NCBI GenBank assembly: GCA_963817895.1
Contig: CAWFQB010000004.1
Span: 896,001 to 960,000 of the forward strand
Length of the DNA: 64,000 nucleotides
DNA from: an uncultured Chthonomonadaceae bacterium
GTDB taxonomy: Bacteria > Armatimonadota > Chthonomonadetes > Chthonomonadales > Chthonomonadaceae
Reading direction: 5' to 3'
The first letter of the stretch is position 1, and the number at the start of each line of letters is the position of its first letter. The position numbers were made by a program, and so were the translations under genes. The notes beneath the pieces were generated by a model that did no database searches, had not been told where the DNA came from, and saw nothing but the letters and a program-made list of their open reading frames with translations. This document shows, piece by piece, positions 10,338-20,423 of the stretch.

Positions 10338-12211
10338 ATGATTTCTCTACCCGACCATATTCCAGATTTACGCCGCTTGTACGGGTTCCGCGCCGTGATT
10401 GTGCTGCTGTTGAGCATGATTGGGCTGCGGCTATGGTACCTGCAGCTGGTGAAGAACGCGGAACTGGCGGAACTGTCGCAGACGCAGAGCGTGAAAGCTG
10501 ATCCGCCGGGTGGCGCCGCGCGGCGTGATTATGGATTCAAAGGGCGAGATTCTGGCGACAAGCCGCGCCAAGTTCGTCGTTTCGCTTTCCCCCGATGACG
10601 CGAAAAAACACCCGGAAACGCTGACGCGACTGGCTCTGCTGCTTGGCGCGAATGAGGATGACCTGCGCGACAAGGTTCTGCCCACGCGCATTGGCCCGAA
10701 CGGAAAAAAGATCGCGTTGCGGGGCAAGCCGTTCGACCCTGTTCCGCTGGATCGGGATGTCAGTATCAAAGTATTGTCGCAAATTGAGGAGCAGCGTCTG
10801 GATTTACCGGGCGTGATTGTCAGCCGCGACCCGGTGCGTTATTATAAAGATAATATGACGTGCGCCCATCTGCTTGGCGATACCGGCCTGATTAATGAAG
10901 AGCAGATGCGCAATCCAAAATACGCCAGTTATCATGGCGGCGATTACGTGGGGCGCGACGGACTGGAAGCGCATTACGAGCAGGAATTGCGCGGGGAGGA
11001 TGGTGGCGAGAATGTGACCGTAGACGCGCGGGGCCGGACGCTGCGCCGCGTATCGGAGAATACAGCCCCGCGCGGGGCATGGGCTGAAACTGGCGCTGGA
11101 TTTGAGTTTGCAGAAAGCGGCCTACAATCTGCTCAAGGAGCAGTTTGATGGCAAAAACCGGCGTAATCCCGGTTCGCATACAGGCGCGATTGTGGCTCTT
11201 GATCCCGCAAACGGCGAAGTGCTGGCGCTGGTCAGTATGCCCTCCTACGATCTGAACACGTTTGGGGAGAAATACGACGCGCTGAATGGCGATAAAACAA
11301 TGCCGCTGTTCAATCGGGCGACAAGCGCCGCGCTGCCATGCGGTTCGCCATTCAAATTGATTACGGCTGCGGCAGGATTGGAAATCGGGCAAAGCGAGTC
11401 AGTACACGACCTATTTTTGTCCCGGCTACAAGCGAATTGGCAACCGCATTTTCCATTGTGACGAGGTGCATCGCAATACGGCCTTTGAAAAAGCCATTGG
11501 CGCGTCGTGCAATGTGTATTTTTATACTGTCGGGCGAAGATGTGGGGCCGGACGCGCTGGCGGAATGGGCAAAGCGATTCGGATTGGGCAAAACGACGGG
11601 CATTGATCTGCCTTCTGGCAGGCCCGGTTTCATACCCACGCCTGCGTGGAAGCGCAAAGTTGCCAGCGACCCGGCCAATAAAATCTGGTATCCCGGCGAA
11701 ACAGCCAACATGTCCATCGGGCAGGGGGATTTGCAGGTAACGCCCATTCAACTGGCGAACTATACGGCAGCCCTTGCCAATGGCGGCACACTCTGGCGTC
11801 CGCATCTGGTACGCGCCATTGTGGATACGTCCGGGCCGAAGCCGACGGTCACGCAAACAATTGCCCCCGAAGCGCGGGGCGAATTGGGCTTGAAGCCCGA
11901 AAACTTGAACCTGATTGTGGCGGGGATGCGCAAAACTATGCAAAAGGGCGGCACGGCGTTCGCGTCCGCTATTCCCGGTTTGGACATCGCGGGCAAAACC
12001 GGCACGGTGGAAATTAAAAAGCAGCGTAATTCCGTGTTCGTGTGCTTTGCCGGCCTGCCCGGAGCAAAAGCCGAGTATCGCGCTTGCGGTTCTCGTCGAG
12101 GGCGGCGGCTACGGTTCCGAAACCGCCGCGCCCATCGCCCGCCGCCTGCTGGCGCAATATTTCCATATTCCCATCAGTCCCGTAGAAACCGTCGGCAACG
12201 CGCGGGATTAA
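10338..12211 (+). CDS. mrdA: Penicillin-binding protein 2 (class B; frameshifted, about 5 fragments)
   Basis: N-terminal TM with RLWYLQL, APRGVI.D..G, G..GLE..YE..LRG, GEVLALVSMPSYD; SxxK (GSPFK), SCNVYFY and AGKTGT active-site motifs. Confidence 0.9.
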
Positions 12212-12230
12212 ACCGCTGAACTGAGAAAAC

Positions 12231-12261
12231 AGCCGCGAATGAACGCGAATGAACGCGAATA
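12231..12261 (+). repeat. Nonamer tandem array (ACGCGAATG family)
   Basis: GCCGCGAATGAACGCGAATGAACGCGAATA; same family at 17516-17544 and, reversed, at 52205-52233. Confidence 0.8.
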
Positions 12262-12274
12262 GGATCATGTTCTG

Positions 12275-13507
12275 ATGTTGCAAAATAAGCCTGTTGTGGA
12301 AGAGAATGAACAGCAAGTTGTGTCACGGCGCGGCTTTGTCGCAGGTGTTGCGGCGGCAGTCACATTGCCCCTGTTGACGCAAACGGAAGCGGGCGCGCAA
12401 ACCCCCGTATTACAGCCGGATCGAACCATACGGCCTGCGCCTGCCCAAACCGCCGCCAAACTGATTACCCGGCAGCGGGAACCGGAAAATCTGGAATTCA
12501 ACTTTGCCACGCTGGATAATTTTCTCACGCCCAACGACCGCTTTTACGTGCGCAGCCACTTTGCCACGCCCAATCTTGACGCCGATAAATGGCAGTTGCG
12601 GATAGAGGGAGCCGTAGAGCGTCCGTTTACCATTTCTTACGCTGAATTGCGGCAGATGCCGTCGCGTAAATTACAAACCACGCTGGAGTGCGCCGGGAAC
12701 GGACGGGTTGCGCTGGTTCCTCCTGCAAACGGCGTTCAATGGGATTTGGGCGGGGTCAGCACGGCGGAATGGACGGGCGTGCCGCTGTCTACGCTGCTGG
12801 CGCGGGCCGGTATTCGCCCCGAAGCCGTAGACGTGGTTCTAGAGGGAGCGGATACAGGAGAAATCAAAACTACGCCCCGACCGGCGGGAGCGATCCACTA
12901 TGCCCGCAGCCTGCCATTGGAACGGGCGCGGCAACAGGACGTGATTTTAGCGACAAAAATGAACGGCAGCGATCTGCCGATTTCGCACGGTTTTCCTGTT
13001 CGCGCTATTGTGCCGGGTTGGTACGGCATGGCGTCCGTGAAGTGGCTGACGCGCATTTTGGTGCTGCCGCAAGCGTTTCAGGGCTATTTCCAGACCATTG
13101 ATTACGCGATATGGGAGCGGCAAGAAGGGGTTGCGCGGCGTGTTCCCATAACCAGTATGCAGGTGAAAGCGAGTATTGCGCGTCCCTCTTTCCGGGAAAT
13201 GGTTCGCGCCGGGAGCGCGTATCGTATTTACGGCGCGGCATGGGCGGGTGACAGCGCGGTGACAAAGGTGGAGATCAGCGTGAACGGCGGCCAATCGTGG
13301 CAGCCCGCCCGCCTGAACAATCTGCCGGTTCCTTACACATGGCGCTTCTGGGAGTACGAATGGCGTGTCCCCATGCAGGCAGGACGCTACGCGATTATGG
13401 CGCGGGCAACGGACGCGAAGGGCAACACACAGCCCATGCAGCGCGACGCCGACCGCGAAAACTACATGATCAACCATGTTGTACCGGTGGAAGTGGAAGT
13501 CAGTTGA
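12275..13507 (+). CDS. Tat-exported sulfite oxidase-family molybdoenzyme
   Basis: SRRGFV Tat motif; FYVRSH, LECAGNGR (Mo-ligand Cys), HGFPVRAIVPGWYGMASVKWL; C-terminal dimerisation domain. Confidence 0.92.
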   Translation: MLQNKPVVEENEQQVVSRRGFVAGVAAAVTLPLLTQTEAGAQTPVLQPDRTIRPAPAQTAAKLITRQREPENLEFNFATLDNFLTPNDRFYVRSHFATPNLDADKWQLRIEGAVERPFTISYAELRQMPSRKLQTTLECAGNGRVALVPPANGVQWDLGGVSTAEWTGVPLSTLLARAGIRPEAVDVVLEGADTGEIKTTPRPAGAIHYARSLPLERARQQDVILATKMNGSDLPISHGFPVRAIVPGWYGMASVKWLTRILVLPQAFQGYFQTIDYAIWERQEGVARRVPITSMQVKASIARPSFREMVRAGSAYRIYGAAWAGDSAVTKVEISVNGGQSWQPARLNNLPVPYTWRFWEYEWRVPMQAGRYAIMARATDAKGNTQPMQRDADRENYMINHVVPVEVEVS

Positions 13508-13582
13508 GATAGGAGATACAAGATACGAGATACGAGTAGCCCAGACTTGTATCTCGTATCTTGTATCTCCTATCTCCTATCT
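13506..13582. repeat. Inverted heptamer arrays (GAGATAC / GTATCTC family)
   Basis: GAGATAGGAGATACAAGATACGAGATACGAG...GTATCTCGTATCTTGTATCTCCTATCTCCTATCT; same family at 39526-39635. Confidence 0.85.
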
Positions 13583-13586
13583 AATC

Positions 13587-14879
13587 ATGACCCTGAACAT
13601 ACAGCAAAACGGAATAGTGTTTCGGCAGGAGGACGGGAATGTGACCATTCATCGTCCCGGCAAGAGCGGCAACGGCGGCGTGGAAATCGAGGTTGGCGAG
13701 GAGCTTGCTGAAGCATGGCGGCTGGCGACGGGCGATGTTGTGGAGGGCGTGACGGAAGCCTTTGACAATGTGCAGGCCGTTTCGGAGGCCAGCCCGGAGT
13801 GGTACGAACAGTACGATTTTCAGGATGAGGAGCAGCGCGACGAACCCAACTATGCGCGGGGCGGTTCGGTTCCCGCATGGCTCATAGAACACGTCCTGCC
13901 AAGCGAGCGGCTTGTATCCATTATCCGCGTCAACGGCCTTGAACAGGAGGACGCCGACGAACGCCCGTTTCCGCGCAAGCGTAACAACGCCGAGCGGAGT
14001 TCGCCGGAGCGTCGTCTTTCCCTCGCGGTTCGTTCCTCCGATACGACGGGCAGGATGCTGGATTTTGCCGCCACACTGGGCGCGGGCTGTGTCGGCATCA
14101 TACATGGCCCTCATGCCAGTGGCCTGACTCGCACTCTGGAATCTGTTGTTGCGGGCGTAAGCGTGAACGCCCCGGATGTAGTTGTCCTCGTGCTGCTGTT
14201 GCGGGCGCGAGGCGAAGAGATGACGGAGTGGCGGCGCAAGTTTCCCAACGCCGATGTCGTGGTGTGTTCCTCGTCCTCATCTCCATCCGTAAGCGCGGCA
14301 GAGCGGACGGTGCGGCTGGCCGATATGACGCTGGCCTGTGCGCAGCGGCAAACGGAATTGGGGCGGCACGTCCTGTTGGCGGTTGACTCGCTCACGGGCT
14401 TGTGGGGCGCGATGCTGGAAGCGGAACACGCGGATACGCAGCGCGAAGCGGACCTGTCGAATGCCCGCTACCGAATGCGCGAATGGGTACAGAAGGCGGG
14501 CAATTTCGGCGGGCCGGGGCTGCTCGGCTCGGCTTTGGGCGGCTCGCTGACGCTGGCAGGAACGATGTGGCAGCAGCCCGTAGACGCGGAAGCGGAAGAG
14601 GAACGCGACATTCACCCGCATTTGCGCCTGATGGAGCATCTCCTGCACGAAACCAACTGGCGCGTTCCGCTGTCCCCGGTATTGATGCGCGAACGGCTGT
14701 TTCCCGCCATTGACACGGCGCGTTGCCTGTCACAACCGGAAGAAAAACTGCTGCCGCCCGACGAATACGAGAAACTGCTGGCGGCGCGGGCAAAACTTGT
14801 TCGACTGGACTTGCTTGCTCGCCATAATGCGCTTCTGGATACGCTCGAACTCGACCCAGGACAACAGCCAACTGGTTGA
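13587..14879 (+). CDS. Transcription termination factor Rho-like protein with degenerate ATPase site
   Basis: Collinear with Rho: LATGDVVEG, GRMLDFAATLGAG..GII.GP..SG.T, VLVLLL.AR.EE.TE, RQ.ELGRHVLLAVDSLT, GSLT, R.FPAID...EEKLL. The Walker A Lys, catalytic Glu and Arg finger are substituted. Confidence 0.85.
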   Translation: MTLNIQQNGIVFRQEDGNVTIHRPGKSGNGGVEIEVGEELAEAWRLATGDVVEGVTEAFDNVQAVSEASPEWYEQYDFQDEEQRDEPNYARGGSVPAWLIEHVLPSERLVSIIRVNGLEQEDADERPFPRKRNNAERSSPERRLSLAVRSSDTTGRMLDFAATLGAGCVGIIHGPHASGLTRTLESVVAGVSVNAPDVVVLVLLLRARGEEMTEWRRKFPNADVVVCSSSSSPSVSAAERTVRLADMTLACAQRQTELGRHVLLAVDSLTGLWGAMLEAEHADTQREADLSNARYRMREWVQKAGNFGGPGLLGSALGGSLTLAGTMWQQPVDAEAEEERDIHPHLRLMEHLLHETNWRVPLSPVLMRERLFPAIDTARCLSQPEEKLLPPDEYEKLLAARAKLVRLDLLARHNALLDTLELDPGQQPTG

Positions 14880-14902
14880 TGTCTTATAGAGGGAGAGGAC
14901 AC

Positions 14903-15292
14903 ATGCGTAACCTGTCTGTCTGGTGGTCAACACGAAAACCCCGGCATTTATCAACGCCTGCGGCTCTCTTAATTCTATTCGTCTGTGTGCCTGTAGTGTT
15001 CTATCCGATTGTAGCGCTTCAAAGTTACTTGTATGCGCGCGAACACACGCACAAATGGCACGAGGCAAGTTTGTTAAGCGCGGAAAAGCAATACTATACA
15101 GCGCATGGCGTTTTTGTATTTGGTACGGATGCGGAACTGCTTCCGCTCATGACAAGCAGCATGACGGAAAACCCCGGCATTTGTCCACGCGGCGGCCATC
15201 ATTCTGTGATAAAATATAGCACGGGTGAAATACGAGTTCGGTGCAGTTTGAAGGAGGGGCGAGGTTCCGTCCTGAAGCCGCCGGGCAAGTGA
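14903..15292 (+). CDS. Pilin/pseudopilin-like small membrane-anchored protein
   Basis: Single N-terminal TM, A..QYY...G helix, C-terminal CP.GG...Y...G.IRVRCS disulfide loop; SD GGAGAGG. Confidence 0.5.
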   Translation: MRNLSVWWSTRKPRHLSTPAALLILFVCVPVVFYPIVALQSYLYAREHTHKWHEASLLSAEKQYYTAHGVFVFGTDAELLPLMTSSMTENPGICPRGGHHSVIKYSTGEIRVRCSLKEGRGSVLKPPGK

Positions 15293-15333
15293 TTTTCCGA
15301 AAGCAAACGGATTGGAGTAGTAATACAGGATTC

Positions 15334-15735
15334 ATGGCAGCAAGAAAGAAGTATGGACGTATTCGCAATGCGCGGCAGAACGCCGCGCCGTTTCGCGCGC
15401 TGCTGTTGGTCGTGGCGCTGGGCGCGATTATGAGAATATCGCTTGCCGGCAGCGTCCATGACATGCAGCGAATGTCCTGCGATGGAATGCGCTACTATCT
15501 GGCGGGCGCGGAACAGACCTATCAGCGCAGGAACGGCCACTTTATTGTGGGGGGCGAGGACGCTTTGCAGGAACTGGTAAACGCCCACGCGATGCGGGCT
15601 TTGCCGCAGTGTAAAGCGGGCGGGCATTATGAGGCGGTTGCCAACGCCGACGGTTCCATCACCATCCATTGCAGCCTGCCCGAACACGACAAAGATCATG
15701 GCGTCACCCGTTCCGTCTGGCGTCACAGGCATTAG
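15334..15735 (+). CDS. Pilin/pseudopilin-like small protein, paralog of the upstream gene
   Basis: N-terminal TM, C...M...A.AEQTY..RNG.F, PQCKAGGHY...DGSITIHCS..EH. Confidence 0.5.
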   Translation: MAARKKYGRIRNARQNAAPFRALLLVVALGAIMRISLAGSVHDMQRMSCDGMRYYLAGAEQTYQRRNGHFIVGGEDALQELVNAHAMRALPQCKAGGHYEAVANADGSITIHCSLPEHDKDHGVTRSVWRHRH

Positions 15736-15825
15736 AGGCATTGGGCATCAGGTATTAGTAAAGAAGACACAAGCCCGATACCGAACACCGAACACCGAAC
15801 ACCGAATACCAAACACCTGAAACCT
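15736..15825. repeat. Heptamer array (CCGAACA family) with degenerate inverted partner
   Basis: CCGATACCGAACACCGAACACCGAACACCGAATACCAAACACCTGAAACC directly before the recN ATG; family recurs at 27515, 37134, 49286 and 50749. Confidence 0.85.
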
Positions 15826-15826
15826 T

Positions 15827-17526
15827 ATGTTACGTACGCTTTCCGTCCGAAATTTTGCCATCATTGACCGGCTTGATCTGGAATTCAGCGCGGGCTTTAA
15901 CGTGCTGACCGGCGAAACCGGGGCGGGCAAATCCATTCTCATGGACGCGCTGAACCTGATTTTAGGGGCGCGGCGCCGGGGCTGAAATGGTGCGCGGCGG
16001 CGCGGACCGGGCTACGATTGACGCCGTGTTCGATGTGCCTCCCGATTCGCATTTGCTGGGTATCATCGAGCGCATGGGCTATGAACTGGAAGACGACCAG
16101 TTGTTTCTGGCGCGTGAAGTATCCGCAGCCGGAAAGTCTACGTGCCGTATTGCGGGACGCCCCGCAACGGTATCGCAGTTGAAAGAGTTGGGCGACTGGC
16201 TGGTAGACCTGCACGGACAGCACGAGCATCAATCCCTGCTGGCGGTAGCGCGGCATCTGGATATGCTGGACGATTGGGGCGGCAAGCCCATTGCCGGACT
16301 GCGCGGACAGGTGGCGGAAGCGTATCAGGCCGTACAGAAATTGCGGCGGGAAAAGGAAGAGTTGGAACGCGACGCGAGGGAACGCGCCCATCTGCTCGAC
16401 CTGTACCAGTTTCAGGTGAAAGAGATAACGGAGGCCAAACTCGCGCCGGGTGAAGATGAAGAACTGGCAACCGAATACAAGCGCGTCGCCAATGCGCAAA
16501 AACTGGCCGAGTTCGGCGGGGGCGGCGGCGGAAGCCCTGACGGGCGGCGACAAGGGCGGCGGAGTGCTGGAAGCGCTTTCCCTTGCCCTGCGAACGCTGG
16601 AAGAGGCCGCGAGTTTGGATGACGCGCTAACTCCTGCATTAGAAGTCGTCCGGTCCGCAACATACGAACTGACCGAAACCGAGCGCGATTTAATCCGCTA
16701 TCAGGATACCGTTGAGTTCAACCCGGAGCGGCTGGAACAGATCGAGGAACGTCTGGAACTGCTGCGCAACCTGAAGCGCAAATACGGCGACAGCATTGAA
16801 GAGATTGTACAGTACGGGAAAGATACCGCCGCGAAACTGGATACGCTGACCAATTCCGAGGAGCGCGGGGCGCAACTGGACGCGGAAATCAAGAAGGGCA
16901 GCAAGAGACTGCGCGAATTGTGCGCCCAACTCAGCGACCTGCGCTGCAAAGCCGCGTTGGAGTTCCAAACCATCACGCTGACGGAATTGCGCGATCTGGC
17001 AATGGAAAAAACACGCTTTGAAGTGCACATCGCGCAGGGCGAACCGACCGCGAAAGGCGCGGACAAGGTAGAGTTTCTGATCGCCACCAATCCCGGCGAA
17101 CCTCTGCGTTCCCTTGCTAAAGTGGCGTCGGGCGGCGAAATTTCCCGCGTGATGCTTGCCATCAAGTCGGCGCTTGCGCGACAGGAACCCCTTCCGACAA
17201 TGGTTTTTGATGAGATAGATGTGGGCGTGGGCGGGCGCACGGCAAGCAAAATCGCGGAAAAACTGGCAACTCTGGCCCAAAACGCGCAGGTATTGTGCAT
17301 CACCCACCTTGCGCAGCTTGCCAGTAAGGGACAGCGGCATCTGTACATTGAAAAGAACGTGACAGGCGACCGCACCAATGTCACCGTCGTTCCCCTAACT
17401 CCCGAACAGCGCGTCACGGAAGTAGCTCGCATGATCGGCGGCGAAGGCATCACGGACGCCGTACTCCAACACGCCCGCGAAATGCTCACCACGTCAGTAG
17501 AAAAAGCAAAGACTAGCCGCAAATAA
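15827..17526 (+). CDS. recN: DNA repair protein RecN (2 frameshifts)
   Basis: [13 protein letters not shown]...[53 protein letters not shown]. Confidence 0.95.
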
Positions 17527-17544
17527 ACGCGAATACACGCAAAT
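17516..17544 (+). repeat. Nonamer tandem array overlapping the recN stop
   Basis: GCCGCAAATAAACGCGAATACACGCAAAT. Confidence 0.7.
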
Positions 17545-17567
17545 AGGTCAAAAGGAAATCCGATTCC

Positions 17568-17852
17568 ATGCGCGGCGAATATAAAACTCCCGGCGGAAAA
17601 CTAGTGATTGTAGATTTTTCAGTCGCTCATGGCACGCTTAATAATGTGCAGGTGAGCGGCGATTTCTTTTTATATCCTGAAGATGCGCTGCCGCAAATTA
17701 CGGCCTCGTTGGAAGGCTTGCCAATGGATGCGGACAGGGACGCGATTGCCGAACGGATTACGAACGCGCTTGCGCCGGATGTGGTTATGTTGGGATTTTC
17801 GCCACACGCGATTGCATGTGCCGTAAGAAACGCATTGGAGGAGCAGCCATGA
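17568..17852 (+). CDS. Lipoate-protein ligase accessory (C-terminal/LplB-like) domain as a separate protein
   Basis: GEYKTPGGKLV.V......V.VSGDFFLYP..A...I...LEG; ATGA overlap with the ligase gene. Confidence 0.85.
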   Translation: MRGEYKTPGGKLVIVDFSVAHGTLNNVQVSGDFFLYPEDALPQITASLEGLPMDADRDAIAERITNALAPDVVMLGFSPHAIACAVRNALEEQP

Positions 17853-18724
17853 GTAACGATGCGCTGAACGGTAACGCGCAAGGGGAAGGAATTCTGGCAG
17901 AGCCGGTATACGCGCCCGTACCCGCGCCCGGCGTGGTGGATGTTAGCCCCATGCTGGAACGCTGGAAAGGGGCCGGGTGGCAATTGCTGTCGGAAACGCC
18001 GCTTAGTCCCGCGATGAATGTGGCATTGGATGAGGTTTTGTTGGGACAGGTACAGCACGGCGAACGTTTGCCGACCCTGCGGTTTTGGGGTTGGGGCGGG
18101 CAGGCGGTCATTTTAGGCTCGTTTCAATCCGTCCGCAATGAGGTAGACGAACAGGCCGCGCGGGAAATGGACATTCAAATTGTGCGGCGGATGAGCGGCG
18201 GCGGGGCCATGTTGGTACAGCCCGGTTTAACCATCACCTACTCGCTTTACATTCCCGAAAGTCTGCTGCAAGGCGTTTCCATTGCCGATTCGTATGCGGT
18301 TTGCGATCAGTGGGCCGTACAGGCGTTTCTGAACGCGGGCATAAACGCATGGTACGCGCCCCTCAACGACATTACGAGCGCGGAGGGCAAAATCGGCGGC
18401 GCGGCGCAGGCGCGGCGTCCCGGCGCAATTTTGCACCACACGACGATTGCTTACGAAATGAATCCCGATGAGATGCTGCGGGTTCTGCGTATCGGACGCG
18501 CCAAACTCAGCGACAAGGGCATTGCAAGCGCGGCCAAGCGTGTCAGCCCTCTTCGCCGCCAAACCGGTCTGCCCCGCGAACAGCTTGTAGAGCGTCTTAT
18601 CAATGGTTTCCGCAACTCCTTTGGCCTGACCCAATCCGCCTTGACCGCTGAAGATATTCTCGCAGGGGAACAACTGGTGCAATCCAAATACGGCACGGAC
18701 GATTGGACGCATAGCCTGCCATAA
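17849..18724 (+). CDS. lplA: Lipoate-protein ligase A catalytic domain
   Basis: NVALDE, PTLRFW, VRRMSGGGAM, NDI...GKIGGAAQ, LHHTT. Confidence 0.88.
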   Translation: MSNDALNGNAQGEGILAEPVYAPVPAPGVVDVSPMLERWKGAGWQLLSETPLSPAMNVALDEVLLGQVQHGERLPTLRFWGWGGQAVILGSFQSVRNEVDEQAAREMDIQIVRRMSGGGAMLVQPGLTITYSLYIPESLLQGVSIADSYAVCDQWAVQAFLNAGINAWYAPLNDITSAEGKIGGAAQARRPGAILHHTTIAYEMNPDEMLRVLRIGRAKLSDKGIASAAKRVSPLRRQTGLPREQLVERLINGFRNSFGLTQSALTAEDILAGEQLVQSKYGTDDWTHSLP

Positions 18725-18734
18725 AGCTGAACAT

Positions 18735-20216
18735 TTATCTCATCAAAGCAAGCAGACGTTGATAAGCGGTTTCCCACTGTTCCGCGTTTGCCGTTGGGGT
18801 GTAGGTGTCCAACGTGAAGGAGTTGCGGACGATTTGCCGCGCTTGTTCCAGATCGCTCAACAGGCCGACGCCAATGGCCTGCATCAGCACATTGCCGACG
18901 GCGGTTGCCTCAACCGGGCCGGCGATCACGGTTCGGCGCGTGGCGTCGGCTGTGAGTTGACAGAGGAGTTTGTTCTGCGTCCCGCCGCCAACGATGTGAA
19001 TGGTGTCAATGGCGCGTCCGCGTACCTGTTCCAGTCCCTCAATCACATACCGATACTTCAGCGCAAGGCTTTCCAGACAGCAGCGGATGATCGCGCCCTC
19101 GTCCTGCGGCGCGGTTTGCCCGGTTCGTTGGCAGAACTCTTGTATCTCCCTGACCATATCTTCGGGCGCGAGAAACGCGGGATCATCGGGGTCAATCAAC
19201 ACGCCGAAGCCCGGAGCCTGTTCCGCAAGCGTTGTCAGCCCCGCGTAACTGTGTTCGTGTCCGCCACGCGCTAACGACCGGCGGCACTCCTGCGCCAGCC
19301 ACAGCCCCATGACGTTTTTCAACACGCGAACCGTGTTACACGCGCCCCCCTCATTGGTGAAATTGAATTTTGCGGTTGTGTCGGAAATCAGCGGAACGGG
19401 CGATTCGATTCCAACCAGTGACCACGTTCCGCTGCTGATATAGGCGTAATCCGATGTGGACGCGGGAACGGCGACAACCGCGCTGCCAGTATCGTGTGTT
19501 GCCGGCGCGATCACTTGCAGGCCGATTGCGCCCACCTCTTCCCCAATGTCGCGCCGTAATCCGCCGAGAAGCGTTCCCGCAGGCGCGATGTCGGTGAAAA
19601 TAGCGCGGGGCAACCCGAACGTTTCTATCAGGTCATCCGCCCAGGCGTGATTGTTTGGATCGGCTAATTGCGTGGACGTGGCGTTACTCCATTCCGTGAC
19701 CTTTACGCCCGTCAGCCAGAAATTCAGCAGGTCGGGCATCATCAGCAGGGTATGAGCGTTTGCCAGCAGGGGCGAATTGGCCTGTTGCATGGACAGCAGT
19801 TGGTACAGCGTATTGAACTGTAAGAACTGAATGCCCGTGCGCTCGTAGATCGCGTTTCGCGGCACGGTTTGAAACGCCCGCTCCATCACGCCGTCATTGG
19901 CATGGTCTCGATAATGGCGCGGATTGCCTAAGAGAATGTCGTCCTTGCCAAGCAGCCCGAAATCTACTGCCCACGTATCAATGCCCATGCCCTTGAAATC
20001 GTTGCCGCAGGTTTGAACGGCCATGCCCATTCCCTGCTTGATTTCAGCAAACAATCGCAGCGCGTCCCAATACAGGGTGTCTAAAACTCGCGTTCCCCCG
20101 GTGGCAAAGCGATGCGCGTCCTGTAAACGCAGCTTCTCGCCATCGAAAAATCCCGTTACGGCCCGCCCGCTCTCCGCGCCCAGATCAAACGCCAGAAATT
20201 TCGCCTCCGCCGCCAT
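18735..20216 (-). CDS. rhaB: Rhamnulokinase (FGGY family)
   Basis: AFDLGAESGR, GIDTWAVDFGLL, RTGIQ..FNTLYQL, ATHDTGSAV, YISSGTWSL, TNEGG, KNVMGLW, GPVEATA.GN. Confidence 0.9.
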   Translation of the reverse strand: MAAEAKFLAFDLGAESGRAVTGFFDGEKLRLQDAHRFATGGTRVLDTLYWDALRLFAEIKQGMGMAVQTCGNDFKGMGIDTWAVDFGLLGKDDILLGNPRHYRDHANDGVMERAFQTVPRNAIYERTGIQFLQFNTLYQLLSMQQANSPLLANAHTLLMMPDLLNFWLTGVKVTEWSNATSTQLADPNNHAWADDLIETFGLPRAIFTDIAPAGTLLGGLRRDIGEEVGAIGLQVIAPATHDTGSAVVAVPASTSDYAYISSGTWSLVGIESPVPLISDTTAKFNFTNEGGACNTVRVLKNVMGLWLAQECRRSLARGGHEHSYAGLTTLAEQAPGFGVLIDPDDPAFLAPEDMVREIQEFCQRTGQTAPQDEGAIIRCCLESLALKYRYVIEGLEQVRGRAIDTIHIVGGGTQNKLLCQLTADATRRTVIAGPVEATAVGNVLMQAIGVGLLSDLEQARQIVRNSFTLDTYTPTANAEQWETAYQRLLALMR

Positions 20217-20231
20217 TGTCGCCTCCAGAAA

Positions 20232-20274
20232 AAGGATGAAGGATGAAGGATAAATCATCCTCCTTTGTATCCTT
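20232..20274. repeat. Short heptamer array (AGGATGA) with degenerate inverted partner
   Basis: AAGGATGAAGGATGAAGGATAAA-TCATCCTCCTTTGTATCCTT. Confidence 0.6.
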
Positions 20275-20423
20275 ACAGTTCGCGGTAAACGAAAGAAATC
20301 CTGCTTTTCTGCGGAAAGAATACGATGCAAGCAAGCGAACAGGAAATTTAGGGATGCAATTTTGTGTTGCTGTACGCTGTCAACAGAAGTGGGAAATTGC
20401 CTTGACAGGAGAAGGAGGAGAGA

